A DNA stretch of 63,935 nt, filler included, from Asterionella formosa (GCA_002256025.1; 5 parts of 5 records of this genome joined end to end with filler, not necessarily neighbours in it); one strand, 5' to 3'; shown: positions 10,756 to 23,632, numbered from the whole stretch's first letter. Numbers and translations: made by a program. Notes: generated by a model not told the origin, from the letters alone.

Positions 10756-11761
10756 TCAAAGGTCTCCACGTGCTTCAGCTTCGGATCTTTCCTGAAGAAT
10801 TGTCTTCTTGATTCCGCGTCCCTTAGGAAGAGTGACTTGTGGGTGGTTTCCGCTTCCAATAATAAAGACGTTGGCCAATCGGGTAGCAAAGGTGTTTCCC
10901 TTGATATCCTTCACAGTTACAATATCGAAGGATCCCTCGTGACGCTCCACACTCAGGAGAGTTCCCACGCGTCCAGTGTTTCCTCCCTTGGTGATCATAA
11001 CCATAGCACCCATCTCGAACTTCAGGATCGCAACAGGTTTTCCGGTCGCAATATCAATCTTCATAACATCGTTGACCTTGACATCAGGGTCGGGGAATCG
11101 CACAGTGCGGCCATCGTGAGTGACAGCAGCTGGGATCTTGTTGGAAGTGACGTGGACCTTGACAACGCGACAAAGTTTGTAATTCGCTTCTTCACGTTCA
11201 ATTCTGTGAAGAACGAAGCGTCCCTTGGTGTCGAAGAGGAGACGGAAGCGATCTCCCGACTTTTCCAGTTCGATGACATCCATAAAGCCAGCAGGGTAGT
11301 TGTGATCCGTTCTGACTTTGCCGTCAACCTTGACGCAACGCTCCATGCAGATTTGCATGCACTCCTTGTTGGTCAAGGCGTACTTGAGACGATCACGCAA
11401 GACAACTGTGACTGGCAGGCATTCGCGCATAGTGTGTGGACCAGCGGACGGCTTGGGGGCCCAAATTCCCCCCATTTTGCCGAGATTCCAATGCTTGGGG
11501 GCATTGAGGCGTTTCAAGTGCTTCTTAGGTCCGCGAGCCCTGAAGTTGGGGAGGAAGCAAACGGGGTTAGTAATATTTGGACGAACGTTGCACATATTCG
11601 GGCATGTTTAGTAAAAGGTACTGAGGACGTCCAAATACGCCATGATGGAAAAAGCCCTTTTGCCAGGGCGACTTCCATCCTTCTACGACCAACTCCGTCG
11701 TACTCCAGCATCATGATTAATAAATATCTACTCTACAACAACAACTGACACCGACGTACAT
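10756..11761 (-). CDS. RPS4: 40S ribosomal protein S4 (eS4); exon 1 supplies only 'AT' (11761-11760), intron 11759-11540, exon 2 11539-10756
   Basis: [17 protein letters not shown]...RDRLKYAL...YPAGFMDV. Minus-strand AT|GTACGT donor, TACTAAC branch point and CAG|G acceptor reconstitute ATG-GCT-CGC. Confidence 0.93.
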
Positions 11762-12058
11762 TGTATATTCTCTTTCTTAGTTCTGCGAACGGAAGCTCAA
11801 TGGAGATCACGATGCGGCGGTGAAGCAAGAGTAAGGTATTATTCCAGCTCCAACAAAAATTGGAAGGCTCCTACGCGAAAATATGCACGTGCAAAACATA
11901 CTAAATAATGGAAACCAGTTACTAGTTTTTCTTAGGAATGAGTGCTACATACGACACTACGTACAGTATCGAAAAGGCACAGCTCTCAATCACATTCCTG
12001 TTGCCACAACCAAGCTTTCTTGTTTGTCCTCCATCTTTCCTTTTCTCTCTCCAACCAT
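11762..12058. promoter_or_regulatory. Shared bidirectional promoter / 5' UTR region of RPS4 and RPS13
   Basis: About 300 nt between divergent ribosomal protein genes. Palindrome TGCACGTGCA at ~11884-11893. Pyrimidine tract at ~12015-12052 before the RPS13 5' UTR donor. Confidence 0.5.
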
Positions 12059-12379
12059 GTGAGTTGCGTCGGTGCTTTCCCTCCACCTCACGGTGTGAGT
12101 ATGCATTATTATTTAATGCTGGAGAGTTGCTGCCTTCTTCACAATCGAGTGCGCTGAACACACAACAGATCCATTCTGATCCTAAATTGTTACTACAATA
12201 CAATAGTATGTAATATGGAGTAATCAGTTTCTGGTTCTGGTTTAGGTTTTGTCACTACGATCATGAGCGTCACGCTCGTATCTTCGATTGTGAGGATGGT
12301 AGCAACTACTCTCAGAGGTTTTATATCTGTCTAGTCCCCTTGCTGACTCTCTCGTCCACTTACAGAAACTACCGTCAAG

Positions 12380-12835
12380 ATGGGTCGTATGCATGCTCCA
12401 GGCAAGGGTATCTCCAAGAGTGCCATGCCTTACAAGCGCACTCCTCCTAGCTGGCTCAAGCTATCGGCAGAAGACGTCGAAGATCACGTCTGCAAGCTTG
12501 CCAAGAAGGGCCTGACCCCCTCCCAAATTGGTGTCCTTTTACGTGATTCCAACGGTGTCTCGTCAGTCCGTTCCGTCACTGGACAAAAGATTGTCCGTAT
12601 CCTCAAGGCCAATGGACTGGCTCCAGATATTCCTGAGGATCTCTACATGCTTATCAAAAAGGCTGTGCAAGTTCGCAAGCATCTAGAGCGCAACCGTAAG
12701 GACAAGGACTCCAAGTTTCGTTTGATCCTTATTGAGTCTCGTATCCATCGTTTGGCTCGCTATTACAGAACCACCCGAAAGCTTCCTGCCAACTGGAAGT
12801 ATGAGTCTGCCACTGCATCCACGATGGTGGCCTAA
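12380..12835 (+). CDS. RPS13: 40S ribosomal protein S13 (uS15); probable 5' UTR intron from 12059 (or 12095) to 12365
   Basis: [15 protein letters not shown]...[22 protein letters not shown]. Upstream GTGAGT donors, GCTGAC branch and TTACAG acceptor 14 nt before the ATG. Confidence 0.97.
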   Translation: MGRMHAPGKGISKSAMPYKRTPPSWLKLSAEDVEDHVCKLAKKGLTPSQIGVLLRDSNGVSSVRSVTGQKIVRILKANGLAPDIPEDLYMLIKKAVQVRKHLERNRKDKDSKFRLILIESRIHRLARYYRTTRKLPANWKYESATASTMVA

Positions 12836-13006
12836 ACATTGTGATAAAAACTAACTTATCTCTTCCCCAAAATAGACTCTTGTATTTTTACTATTGTATG
12901 CTATAACCTCATGTGTTGTTATCTTATTGCACTGTGATGCTCACTTTTGAAGCCAAAAGTCTACCAGTAGCTAGTAATGGACAAATTATTGCAAGTTATC
13001 TTCCGG

Positions 13007-13106
13007 NNNNNNNNNNNNNNNNNNNNNNNNNNNNNNNNNNNNNNNNNNNNTTAATTAATTAANNNNNNNNNNNNNNNNNNNNNNNNNNNNNNNNNNNNNN
13101 NNNNNN
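13007..13106. other. Artificial contig spacer (N44-TTAATTAATTAA-N44)
   Basis: Exact 100-nt pattern with stops in all six frames, found four times in the window. Confidence 0.97.
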
Positions 13107-14466
13107 TGACATTGTTGGACACATACCTGCATAATTGCCGTGAAGTTATTGCCTCGATGCCTTGCAAAAGTTTCGAATGACCCAGTATAATGAATTACTT
13201 TCAGCAAAGCAGACGAAAAATCCGGGAATGCTTTACCTGTACATAATGATGGGAAAATCTCGTGGGGATTACTTACAATTCTATCTCTCCCCGAATAACC
13301 CATTGCATCCATCACACTCTTGCCAGTGTATGGCAATCGCTTGTTTTTGAATTTTCTATACCTAAGCGTATGAAAACTCATTGGATCTAGTCCATACACC
13401 GAGTGGTTGAATACGTACTTGGGTAAACTTTCTTCAGGGCCAACCAAAACGCGCGGGAAAACTATACAGGGCTTCATGGCATTTGCAATGATAGGATGAT
13501 GCTCTTGCTGCAGCTCGAAGAGAAATCTCGCAACCGTCTTTTCTCCCACCGATGGTAATCTATTCCTTAGATGCGTTCCATTCCGGATTGAGTCTCGAAA
13601 AACAGAATCGTGGCAAAATTGAAATGGAGCTTTCGGACTCAGACACTGGGTTCGAAGGAGCAAAATAAACAGAGTCAGAGGTAGGATTAGGCAAGCATTT
13701 GGACATAGAATTTAGGTATAGTTCTCGGGCAGACAAGTCGCACCTTATAATCTTCGGATTCCTGGTGATGATGATTGTAGACAAGATATTCATCAGTATC
13801 TATAAACGTTGTCCATCGGACACCTCTACGATTGAACTCTTGTATGCACCTGGTCATAAAAGCTCGTTGTCGCCACAGATATCCTGCTACTTTATCATCA
13901 TGCGAATTATTCGCAAAGACTCGACGATTCCATCGATTTTTCCCATTAAAAATGAAGTTATCCTCATTCCAAATGGTAATATCCATCCCTTCCTTTCTGT
14001 ACTCCTCGACAATCTTATTTGGCGACGTGAGAGAAAATGGGTCCAACCCAATAATCAAATGCCGAAGAGGAAGAACTTGATAGTGGTATGCCAGCCACTC
14101 GGGCAGAATGACATTGTCGTCTTTCATCAAAAGGCAGGCAGCAAAATCATATGGCTCGCCAGAGGGTTGAAACGTTGAATTAGGGAACGAAGTTGTGTTT
14201 GTGGCTGAATCATCTGCTTTGTCGTACATGGAATTTTCGGTTAATGAATCATTTTTCGTCCCTTCGAATGATTTGGTTTTGATGATTGGCTTGACAGGGA
14301 CCATTGCAACGACAAGCTTGGGAAACAAAAATTTGGTATCGATTGAATCACTGATGGGTGCATCATTGGACAAATCAGAAGAACTGATTGCTGTGATTCC
14401 AAAAGCAACAGTGTAGGCGGCCACACCAAATATTGATGCAATTAGAACGAGCCATAGTTTTCGCAT
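13107..14466 (-). CDS. Type II membrane GT-A glycosyltransferase-like protein (GT92/GT2-like), 3'-truncated at contig end; intron 13743-13646
   Basis: N-terminal signal anchor. AACLLMKDDNVILPEWLAYHY and DxD motif WTTFIDTDEY. AAG|GTGCGA...CCAG| joins DYK to CLSPKAP in frame. Confidence 0.7.
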
Positions 14467-14908
14467 GTTAGTGGAGGGAAAATGGGCTGGCTAACCTTGT
14501 TAACCAGAAACCGTCTTAAACAGTGACGATATTCTCAGTGGCAATACCGGATAATATAGGTTAAAATGTAAAACGTAAACTAAAATTATGATATAAACTG
14601 TGAAAAATGGAAATGATCTCCAATGGTCAATCCATTCCTCTCTTCCTGTAGGTTAATACTAATTCCATACGTAAATAGTGCATACGTAATCCCCGAATTG
14701 ACGTGGTATGCAACCATACGTATTCCTTTTTCTCAAATTCTCAAGATCGGAACATATCCAGCTGTTTTGATCTTCCTCTATATATAGTAAACCCCTAATA
14801 CATGTTATTGGCAACCGATTTTAGTCATATTCTGAAGGGGGCAGTGAGATAGGCAGCTCTCATGACCTCGAATCAATAGACAACGATTGATAAGCTAAAG
14901 AACCAGTA

Positions 14909-15152
14909 TGTTAATCTCTTCATATTTATGTGTATTTTGGAGACAGACAGACGAAAATTCTGATGCGTCACCCATATTCTGATGTGTCTCCTATATTCTG
15001 TTTCTCTTGTGCCCTTGACTTTATTTTGCTTTAACTTGTTTGTGTAACTTTATAGTTTTTTACATCATTCTTAAACCTTTCACCATCGTCCTCACCTCCT
15101 AACACCGATTGTAGTCGTTTACATTGTCTATCACAGAAGCGAGATCTAGACA
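14909..15152 (+). repeat. 5' LTR (244 bp)
   Basis: TG...CA termini. Direct repeat of 23403-23632. Followed by PBS-like GTTTATCAGACCCA. Confidence 0.92.
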
Positions 15153-18084
15153 GTTTATCAGACCCACAAGACTCAGAAAAGAGTAGTGAACGAATTTGAT
15201 TCGAAATCGATCGTGACGCCGTTTGTTGACTGGGCGCCAGCACGAAGCGTGAGTTACGCTCTTATGTTTGTCACAACGCCAGCCAGTTGGGGACAACTGA
15301 GATTCCTACCGCTGGTTTGCACCACTACGAAACATCCATTTACAGAATCTTACTGTTCAGAGAAGATCACCCATTTAGGAGTGACAGGTCACTGGACCAA
15401 GCATACGAGGTGTATGGCAAAATAAAAATAAAATTAAAAAAATGGATGAAGAACAAATTAACGGATGGTGAGGAGGTTCATTTTCGAGACACCCTCCTAC
15501 AGGTTGTGCAACTAAATGAAGCACAAGTCGATCAATTGATCATGCAGGATATCTCCAGATGACCGTTCTCAATTCACATTTGAACAATACTGTTCTATTC
15601 ACATTACATCCAACAGTGAGATGAAAGAATTAAATGTGGGACATGACGGCTTCCCTCAGGTTCGAAATTTCCTAGATGGCATCAAACATCCCAGCATGCA
15701 AGGCCTAAAGTTTCTTATCATGGACACCAATGACAAGACAAAAGCAGATTTACAAGCTGCAGTTATTAAAATGAAGGATTTTTGGAATCAATCAAAAACC
15801 TGCAGCATTCAACACCAATAGTAGAAGCCGAGATGAGCGAACTATTGGTAATACAAACATATACAATCACCGTGATGGAGGACGGGGACGGAACAGCAGA
15901 GGCCATCACAACAACAGGGGAGGGAGATACCAACACAATGCTGGCAAGGGACACGGTCGCTATGCTGGGACGACAGGCCAAGGCTGCGGTTGAGAACAAA
16001 ATTCCGACTATATCCCACAAGAGGTTCTGAATTCCCTGACTCCTCAACAAAGTTGGTACATGTTACAGGGCCCGGATGCATTACGTCAAGCTGATACTGC
16101 AACTTCGCCAGCACACCAAAATGGAAGAACAGTGGGGGCAAGCACCACCAATACAGAAACAGCATCTATGATTAGTGGTATTTCTCAAAACACGCTACCC
16201 TCTGGGATCCCTAGCCCAAGCATGACTGGCATCCCATCAAATGCCTCACAGAATTTTGGTCATAGTCGGAACATGGGTGCCATTGTGACAAATAATCGCC
16301 ACATTGGTCGCCTAAATAAACTCCAGGAATCTGATGACTAACAAGGCCGATTCAAGGCTGAAATTGATACTAGGGCAGATACTGTGTGTGCAGGCCAAGG
16401 TTTTGCATTAATTCATCAAAGCGGTCGCATCGCAGATGTAAGCGGTTTTCATAGTGATCTGGGCGCCATTACAGGTGTCCCCATAGCACAGGTTGCAACT
16501 GCTTATGACACCGCAGATCAAGAAACTTTAATCCTTGTTTTCAATGAAGCCCTCTATTTTGGCAAGACAATGGAGACCTCACTGATCCCTCCGCAACAGG
16601 TTTGTGATAATGGGTTACTCTGTGACCCACTTCCCCGTCAATATTCCAACAACTCCTTCCATGGCATTCATGACCCCTTGTCTGGTATCTCTATTCCATT
16701 CCAGCTTCATGGCTGCACCTAGTATTTCCCAGTTCGGCTCCCAACCACGTCTGAATCGCAAAACTGTTGCTGGATTGAGATGACCAGTGAACAAGAATGG
16801 AATCCTTATGACACACGTTTCACTGAACAAGAACGCCCATACCTGTCCCATTCTACCATAGGTCTTGTATCAGCCTCAGCAACTTTAGGTACCGGTCATC
16901 TCCCACCTTTACATCTTCTCGAATGTTATGATTTTATGCACAACCGATATGTTGCCAATACATCCAGCATGAATCGGCGCTCTCAAGTTGACTCCTACAC
17001 CTTGTCCCGGCAATGGGGAATCAGTGAACCTTTAGCCATGAAAACCCTTGATTCCACTACACAGCAGGGTTGGAGATACATTGAAGACCAATTTACACGC
17101 CGTTTCAGAACCCGACAGGCTCATATGCAATACCACCACCTTCGCACTGGAGTCTTTACCGATACACTTTTCAATGACACAACCAGTGTACGTGGGAATA
17201 ACTGTGCACAGTTATTTGTGACAGACAATGGACATTCCCGTGTTTACCCGCTGTCAAGCAAGGGGCAGGCCTTTGATAAGCTTGACCTCTACTGTTCCAC
17301 AGTTGGGATACCCCTGTTCCTGGTGTCTGTTAACGCAGGGGAAGAAACAGGTTCAGACTGGGAACGAGTGCAAAAGAAATACCTATTCCAACAAAGGACA
17401 ACAGAACCACATTCTCCTCGGCAGAATCGTGCTGAATGAGAGATACAAGAACTAAAACGACATTTCAGGCATATTATGCATAGATCCAAATGCCCTGAAC
17501 GGTTTTGGGACTATAGTATTGAATATACTTAGCAAATCAGAGAACGAATGTCACGTCATCTGACAAATGAATGCACCCCAATTGAAAAGCTGACTGGCAT
17601 CACACCAGATATATCTGAATATTTACAATTCGATTACTATGGCTGGGTAAAATACCACGACATTAGAGGAGGAGGGACAGAAAATGATCTTGGAAGATGG
17701 CTTGGTGTTGCAGAAAATTTAGAACAGGCAATGTGCTATTATGTGTTGAAGCAGAATGGAAGGATTATCGCCAGATCCACAGTTCAACCCATAACGAAAG
17801 AGGAGTGGACCGATGCCACTGAACAGAATATGAGACTGAATTTTGACAAGGAGATTGCGGACATCTATTCAGCATTTGATGAAACACTTGTCCATAATGC
17901 CCCTAATAAAGAAATGGAAGAACCGTTTCACCCACAAGATATGGATGACCATGCTGTTTCTCTTAATCCCACTGATAACACAGGCAGGATAAATTGTTTC
18001 AGGCCCACACAAATTGAAAAATGCCGAAATATATCTCCTGAGAGGGGACAGAAATGAAATTGCTAAAGTCTTGGGGAGGAAACA

Positions 18085-21000
18085 TCTGTAAATAAAAATG
18101 TCATGAAAATATGATCAAGGGTATTGTACCTAAGATTCGCTCCTTTAAATTGATTATTCAATACATTCTGACATTCACTCGCTCAACTTTTTAATGCACA
18201 TGCCACCAAATGTTGATTTGATGTAATCTAAATGTGCCTTCTTGTTGGTACGTTCAATGGTCTGATTCATCGGAAGTAGTGCATCAGAACCATTCCATAT
18301 GAAATCGGCAAGCTCTGCTTCTGTAAATAAAAACTATCATGAATATAGGATCAAGGTTATCATACGCTAAGTGGCACAGGATTTTCAAATATATGATAGT
18401 TTTTCGATCAAAAATATGATCAATGTATCATATAATTATGATCATGCAGTAAACTTTTACCGAGCTTGAAGTATGATGAGACTATCATAGTTATAATACC
18501 ATTGCATCATATAATTAGTTAAACATGGTCAAATGATGTGTATACTTTTGTCATACATCTATCTTAACATGATCGTAATTCTCATCAATATCACTGTCTA
18601 AAATAGGATGAAATTGATCGAAATTTAGAACTGTATTTAAGAATGGTTTTATGTTTCTATATCTTGAGTGGCTACAGGATGTTCTACAATGCTCTCATCG
18701 CAATGATTGGTGCTTCAGCTTTCACTTTCACTTCCACATTCCCCCAAATCCAATTCTGAAGGTTGTGGTACTGGTTGCCTTGTCGTTGTTACCCTGCTTC
18801 CTTTGTTCCATTTACTCCTGAGGGATCTGAGTTTGCATTCACGCACTATAGAATCCGTTTCGTTGTTCCAATCAGCCATCCTAACAAAGAGAAGCAATTC
18901 ATTGTTAGCTGTTCACGTTTTGCTTACACAACAACATGCATTTCGCTTCTATCTGCCTTCACTTTCCACAAATTGAGGAGGTAACTGATGCATATTTCTG
19001 TAGAAGAATGTGTCAGTCGAAGATTGAATGAGAAGCAAAGTATCTATCAATAAATGGGCTCCAACATTGCTGTTTGTCACTTACAATTACTGTTTGTCTA
19101 CCATTATCCTGAAAGAAGCAACACATATGTGTCAGTTTTTCTAACAGTTGTAGATTGATCCAAAGATGGCTGATAGGCAGCACTTACCGATTTCTTTTGT
19201 CCACATTGATGGTTGGCCAGCCACCAAATCGAAAAGGAGCTATTGAATCACTGAAAGGGGACGAGTCATTCCGTATTTGTAATCCCAGCAATTGATCATC
19301 TTGGCATTTGCTCTTGACAAACCGTGATGCTATGCACAGCTTGTTGATTCCGCCCTTCTCCATCATATTCACTCATTCTTATCGTGCTGTATTGTCACTT
19401 CAGTTTTTCGCATCATTTGTTGCTTGAGATCCTTCATTTCAGGAAGTGGATGCAGCATGACAAGGAACATGAAAGGCATTTGCTCTTGCCTTACCATCAA
19501 TTGATTCCGCCCTTCTCTTCTAAGCCGCAAGTATCATTGTGCTGTATTATCACTTTCGTTTTCCGCGTCTTCATCTGTGTTAATCCTTCATTTCAGGAGC
19601 AAAGTGTATGCATGAAAACATGATTTCAAATGTTTCAGCCATGAATACATATATTAAAAGATTTATAAGAAGTTTAAATGTATATATAGTTGAACATTTG
19701 CATTGTTTTAAACACGCTTATTATACGGCACATCCTGTGCATACTAATATCAATTTTGATTATACATAATTCAAATATATACAATGCATGATGAGTTCAT
19801 AGTTTTCCACGAACTGTTGAGTTTTTTCAATTTTTTGTGTGTCAATTCTTGTACATACAAGTCAGTCGCTGATTTAATTAAGCCCCTTAATAAACGGGAG
19901 TCATCACCAATTTTTCAAATGGTCGAAATCATACATTCATGTATATAGACATATTGACCAAAATTCATATGGCCTACCGGTAGTACTGTATAATTGCTGG
20001 TAATTACTTCCATCATAGAAATACCACAATAGTGCAGCGAAAAACTGAATATGCTCATGTGTTTAGGATCATTTGATCATATTTTTAAGATCAATCAATC
20101 CTGATTCTTGAAAATAAATTTAGATCGTTCATTTTCTCATCAACGACACCGTTCATCATATGATTAATATGTTATGATCAAAGTTATAGGATAAACAAAT
20201 CAAGAATCATCGGTTAAAGATCATAATTTATATCGGAGTAGTCGTTGCTCATGCATGCAACCCCTTCCTCCCCTGTATACAGTCCGGAAGTGATGACTCC
20301 CAAGCTACCAAATTTTTATGTCTTGTAAGAATTATCGCAGCATGCATGCATACATGACTCCTACTGGTATATACAATGCGGGAGTGATGACCACCAGACT
20401 ACCAATCCTATAGGTCCTGTAGAATTATCGCAAAATGGCTGCATATCTACTAATGAAAGGGCGGGAGGAGTCATCCATGCACCTGTATAGTATGAAATAT
20501 GGAAATGATCAAATATAGCTAGTCTACACAAGGAGCAGTGCATCATATATGCCCTGCTGTTGTTATTTTAATTCCTATGAAATCTCTTGATCTGTTCTGC
20601 GCTTTTTCGCCAGCACAATTGTTTTCATTGGCTGTTTCACTGGACAGCATTCGAATTGATCGTGCTTTGAACGAAGCAATGATCACAGTCCACCCCATTG
20701 CAGAATGGTGAGTCTCACAACTAAGTATCAGCCAGTCGATTAAAATTGGACTGTCTTTAGTGCACCCTCGTTGTGTTTGTACCTTGCATTTTTGCAGTAT
20801 AGACTGGCTGGTGTTCGATAGGCCAAAGTGTCTCACTTTTCATGAACATCTACAAGGTACTAGTGCTTTTGTCGAGGTTTGTGTCTAAATCCAACTGCTG
20901 CCATCCATTGAAATATTCCAGATGCATCAAAGAATACGCTCCTGTCTTTAAAGGTAAGGAACTAGAACGATGACAAAGAAAATCTAATGAGACATGAAAA

Positions 21001-21182
21001 TTACGAAACGAGAATCAGCCACTCTGTTACTATAAATAGACGGCACAGTCTCATGCTTCTTTGTGCATATCGCCTGCTATGCTGCGTTTCAATTCTAGAT
21101 GTATTACGTTCTTGTTAGAGAGACGATGTTACGGAGAAGTAGATTGTGCTGTTCTATAATGGATGTTGCTTAGCTATCAATG
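18085..21182. mobile_element. 3.1-kb AT-rich insertion of TE-derived sequence inside the Copia pol gene
   Basis: Copia reading frame EIAKVLGRKH resumes as NPEGLFIGRKHSNPRLDSR after 21182. Contains segments shared with 26203-26245 and (inverted) 28026-28090, and a ~156-nt tandem repeat at 19344-19620. Confidence 0.75.
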
Positions 21183-21496
21183 TAACCCAGAAGGCCTATT
21201 TATCGGAAGAAAACACTCAAATCCTAGACTGGATTCAAGGATCTTCACTGTGGAATTCTCAGATGGGGAACAACAGGACATAGCTTATAACATCCTTGTG
21301 GAACACATGTACACACAGATCGACACGGAAGGCAAACAATACCGTTTTTTTTCGTTGCAATTATTAATCATCGCAAGAATTCAAATGCAATTGACAAAGA
21401 CGATCAATATAGGGTTGTGCATGGAAAACAGGTGAAAAAAGGACTACTGCTGGGTGGCAATTTGAAGTAGAATGGAAAGATGGCACAACATCTTGG

Positions 21497-23362
21497 TTGC
21501 CCTTGAAGGACCTAAAAGAGACAAACCCAGTGGAATTGGCAACCTATGTCATCGCTAATATCATTGACAGTGAACCTGCACTCGATTGGTGGACCAAGGA
21601 ATTACTTCACAAACAAAAACGATTAATTAAGTTATCACACAAACACGCCATTCAGACTGGATACAAGTTTGGTTTACGCCTCCCCTTTACAGTGATGGAG
21701 GCTTTGGAGATAGACCAGGAAAGTAATAACAATCTATGGCATGATGCAATTATGAAAGAGATGTCTAATGTTCGAGTGGCTTTTGAACTAAGAGAAAGAA
21801 ATACACAGCCACCTGTTGGTTACAAGCACATCCCCATGAAAATGATTTTTGATATCAAGATGGATTTTACTCGAAAGGCCCGTCTGGTTGCCGGAGGTCA
21901 TAAGACCGATCCCCCAGTATCTCTAAGATACTCCTCAGTGGTTTCCAGGGATAGTGTCCGAATAGCCTTCCTGGTTGCCGCAACAAACAATTTAAATATC
22001 ATGATGGCTGACATTGGTAATGCTTACCTAAATGCCAAGACTGAGGAAAGGGTTTATGCTGTTGCAGGTCCAGAATTTGGTGAAGACGAAGGGAACATTG
22101 CTGTTATTGTCCAAGCATTATACGGATTGAAAAGTTCTGGAGCGGCATGGCGAGCCCATTTTGATTCAACGCTCCGTGATATAGGATTCGTACCCAGTTA
22201 TGCAGATCCTGATATGTGGTATCGAGAGGCCACTTCTGAAGAAAGTACTATGGACCATTATGAATATATTCTGGTTCATGTAGATTATATTTTATGCATT
22301 GCAAAAGATCCGGCAAAGATTATCAACTCCTTTGCAGAACCACCCTATTTGTACCGTCTCAAAGATGTTGGGCCTCCAACAAGGTATTTAGGAGCAAAGA
22401 TTGGTAGACATCAAATCGATAATGGTATGGAGACCTGGTTTATTTCGGCTGAAGAATACTTGGCCAAGGCCATACCTATCATTGAGGAAAATTATGGGGC
22501 GCTAAAAGCTTTGTTCAAAGGAAAATTGGATGCGCCTGCTGCTCCAGACTACCACCCAGAATTAGATTCCTCGGATTTCCTGAATGATAATGACACACGA
22601 TTATACCAAAGCTATGTTGGCATTTTGCGTTGGGCAATAGAATTAGGCCGCATTGATCTAGCACATACAGGTGCAACAATGGCCACATTCATGGCAGCAC
22701 CTCGAAAGGGACACATTGTTGCCATGTTGAGAGTTTTTGCATTTTTACGAAAACACATTTCTTGTAAGTTGGTTGTGGATCCACGAGAACGCGATTGGTC
22801 CAATAAAATATGGATATCTGCAAATTGGAAAGAATTTTACCCAGACATTACAGAGGATCTCCCTTCAAATGCACCAAAACCGCTTGGGAAAAGCATGCAA
22901 TTAAACATGTTCTGTGATGCATCACATGCTACAAATCTGGTGACAAGACGATCTACAACAGGCATCATCAACTTTTTGAATAGCACTCCAGTCAAATGGT
23001 ATTCTAAAAGACAAAATACAATTGAGTCATCAACCTTTGGATCTGAATTTTTTGCATTAAAAATAGCAGTAGAAATGAATGATGCCATGCGTTATAAGCT
23101 ACGCATGTTGGGTATTCCCATAAGTGAACCTACAAACACTTTTTGTGATAACAATAGCGTTGTACTGAATGTAACAAGGCCTAAATCTACATTACAGAAG
23201 AAACACAGCTCTATCACCTATCATAAAGTGCGTGAATGCGTTGCAACAGAGGCAATGCGAATTCATCATGAACCGGGGACCAGCAACTTGGCAGATATCT
23301 TAACCAAATGGTTACCTCCCCATAAACATCTTGAATTATGTCGTCGTATGTTATGGCATTAA
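21497..23362 (+). pseudogene. Copia reverse transcriptase + RNase H region
   Basis: FTRKARLVAGGH, ADIGNAYL, ALYGLKSSG, HVDYIL (YVDD mutated), FCDASHA, SSTFGSEF, NLADILTK. Confidence 0.92.
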
Positions 23363-23402
23363 CATCAAGATGAAAATTAACATTTCCTTCTTGAGGGGAC
23401 TG

Positions 23403-23632
23403 TGTTAATCTCTTCATATCTATGTGTATTTTGGAGACAGACAGACGAAAATTCTGTTGTGTCAACCAAATTCTGACGTGTCTCCTATATTCTGTTTCTC
23501 TTGTGCCCTTGACTTTATTTTGTGTAACTTTATAGGTTTTTACATCTTTCTTTAATCTTTCACCATCGTCCTCACCTCCTTACTCCGATTGTAATCGTTT
23601 ACATTGTCTATCACAGAAGCGAGATCTAGACA
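23403..23632 (+). repeat. 3' LTR (230 bp)
   Basis: Direct repeat of the 5' LTR with ~13 substitutions and a 14-nt deletion. Preceded by PPT. Confidence 0.92.

Larger units (their letters stand above)
14909..23632 (+). mobile_element. Full-length, degenerate Ty1/Copia LTR retrotransposon (diatom CoDi type) with an internal 3.1-kb insertion
   Basis: Two LTRs (TGTTAA...AGACA). Domain order: gag (15186-16300), protease AEIDTRADT (~16357), integrase (VFTDTLF, TEPHSPRQNRAE; ~17100-17800), RT/RNase H (21497-23362). PPT TGAGGGGAC before the 3' LTR. Many stops and frameshifts. Confidence 0.93.

Noticed and set aside
12059..12365. U14 snoRNA (hosted by RPS13 in vertebrates)
   Set aside because: Neither U14 domain A nor a complete domain B/D-box sequence is present.
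13051..13062. TTAATTAATTAA as a biological repeat or TTAA transposon target
   Set aside because: Always centred in exactly 44+44 N; it is a six-frame-stop linker.
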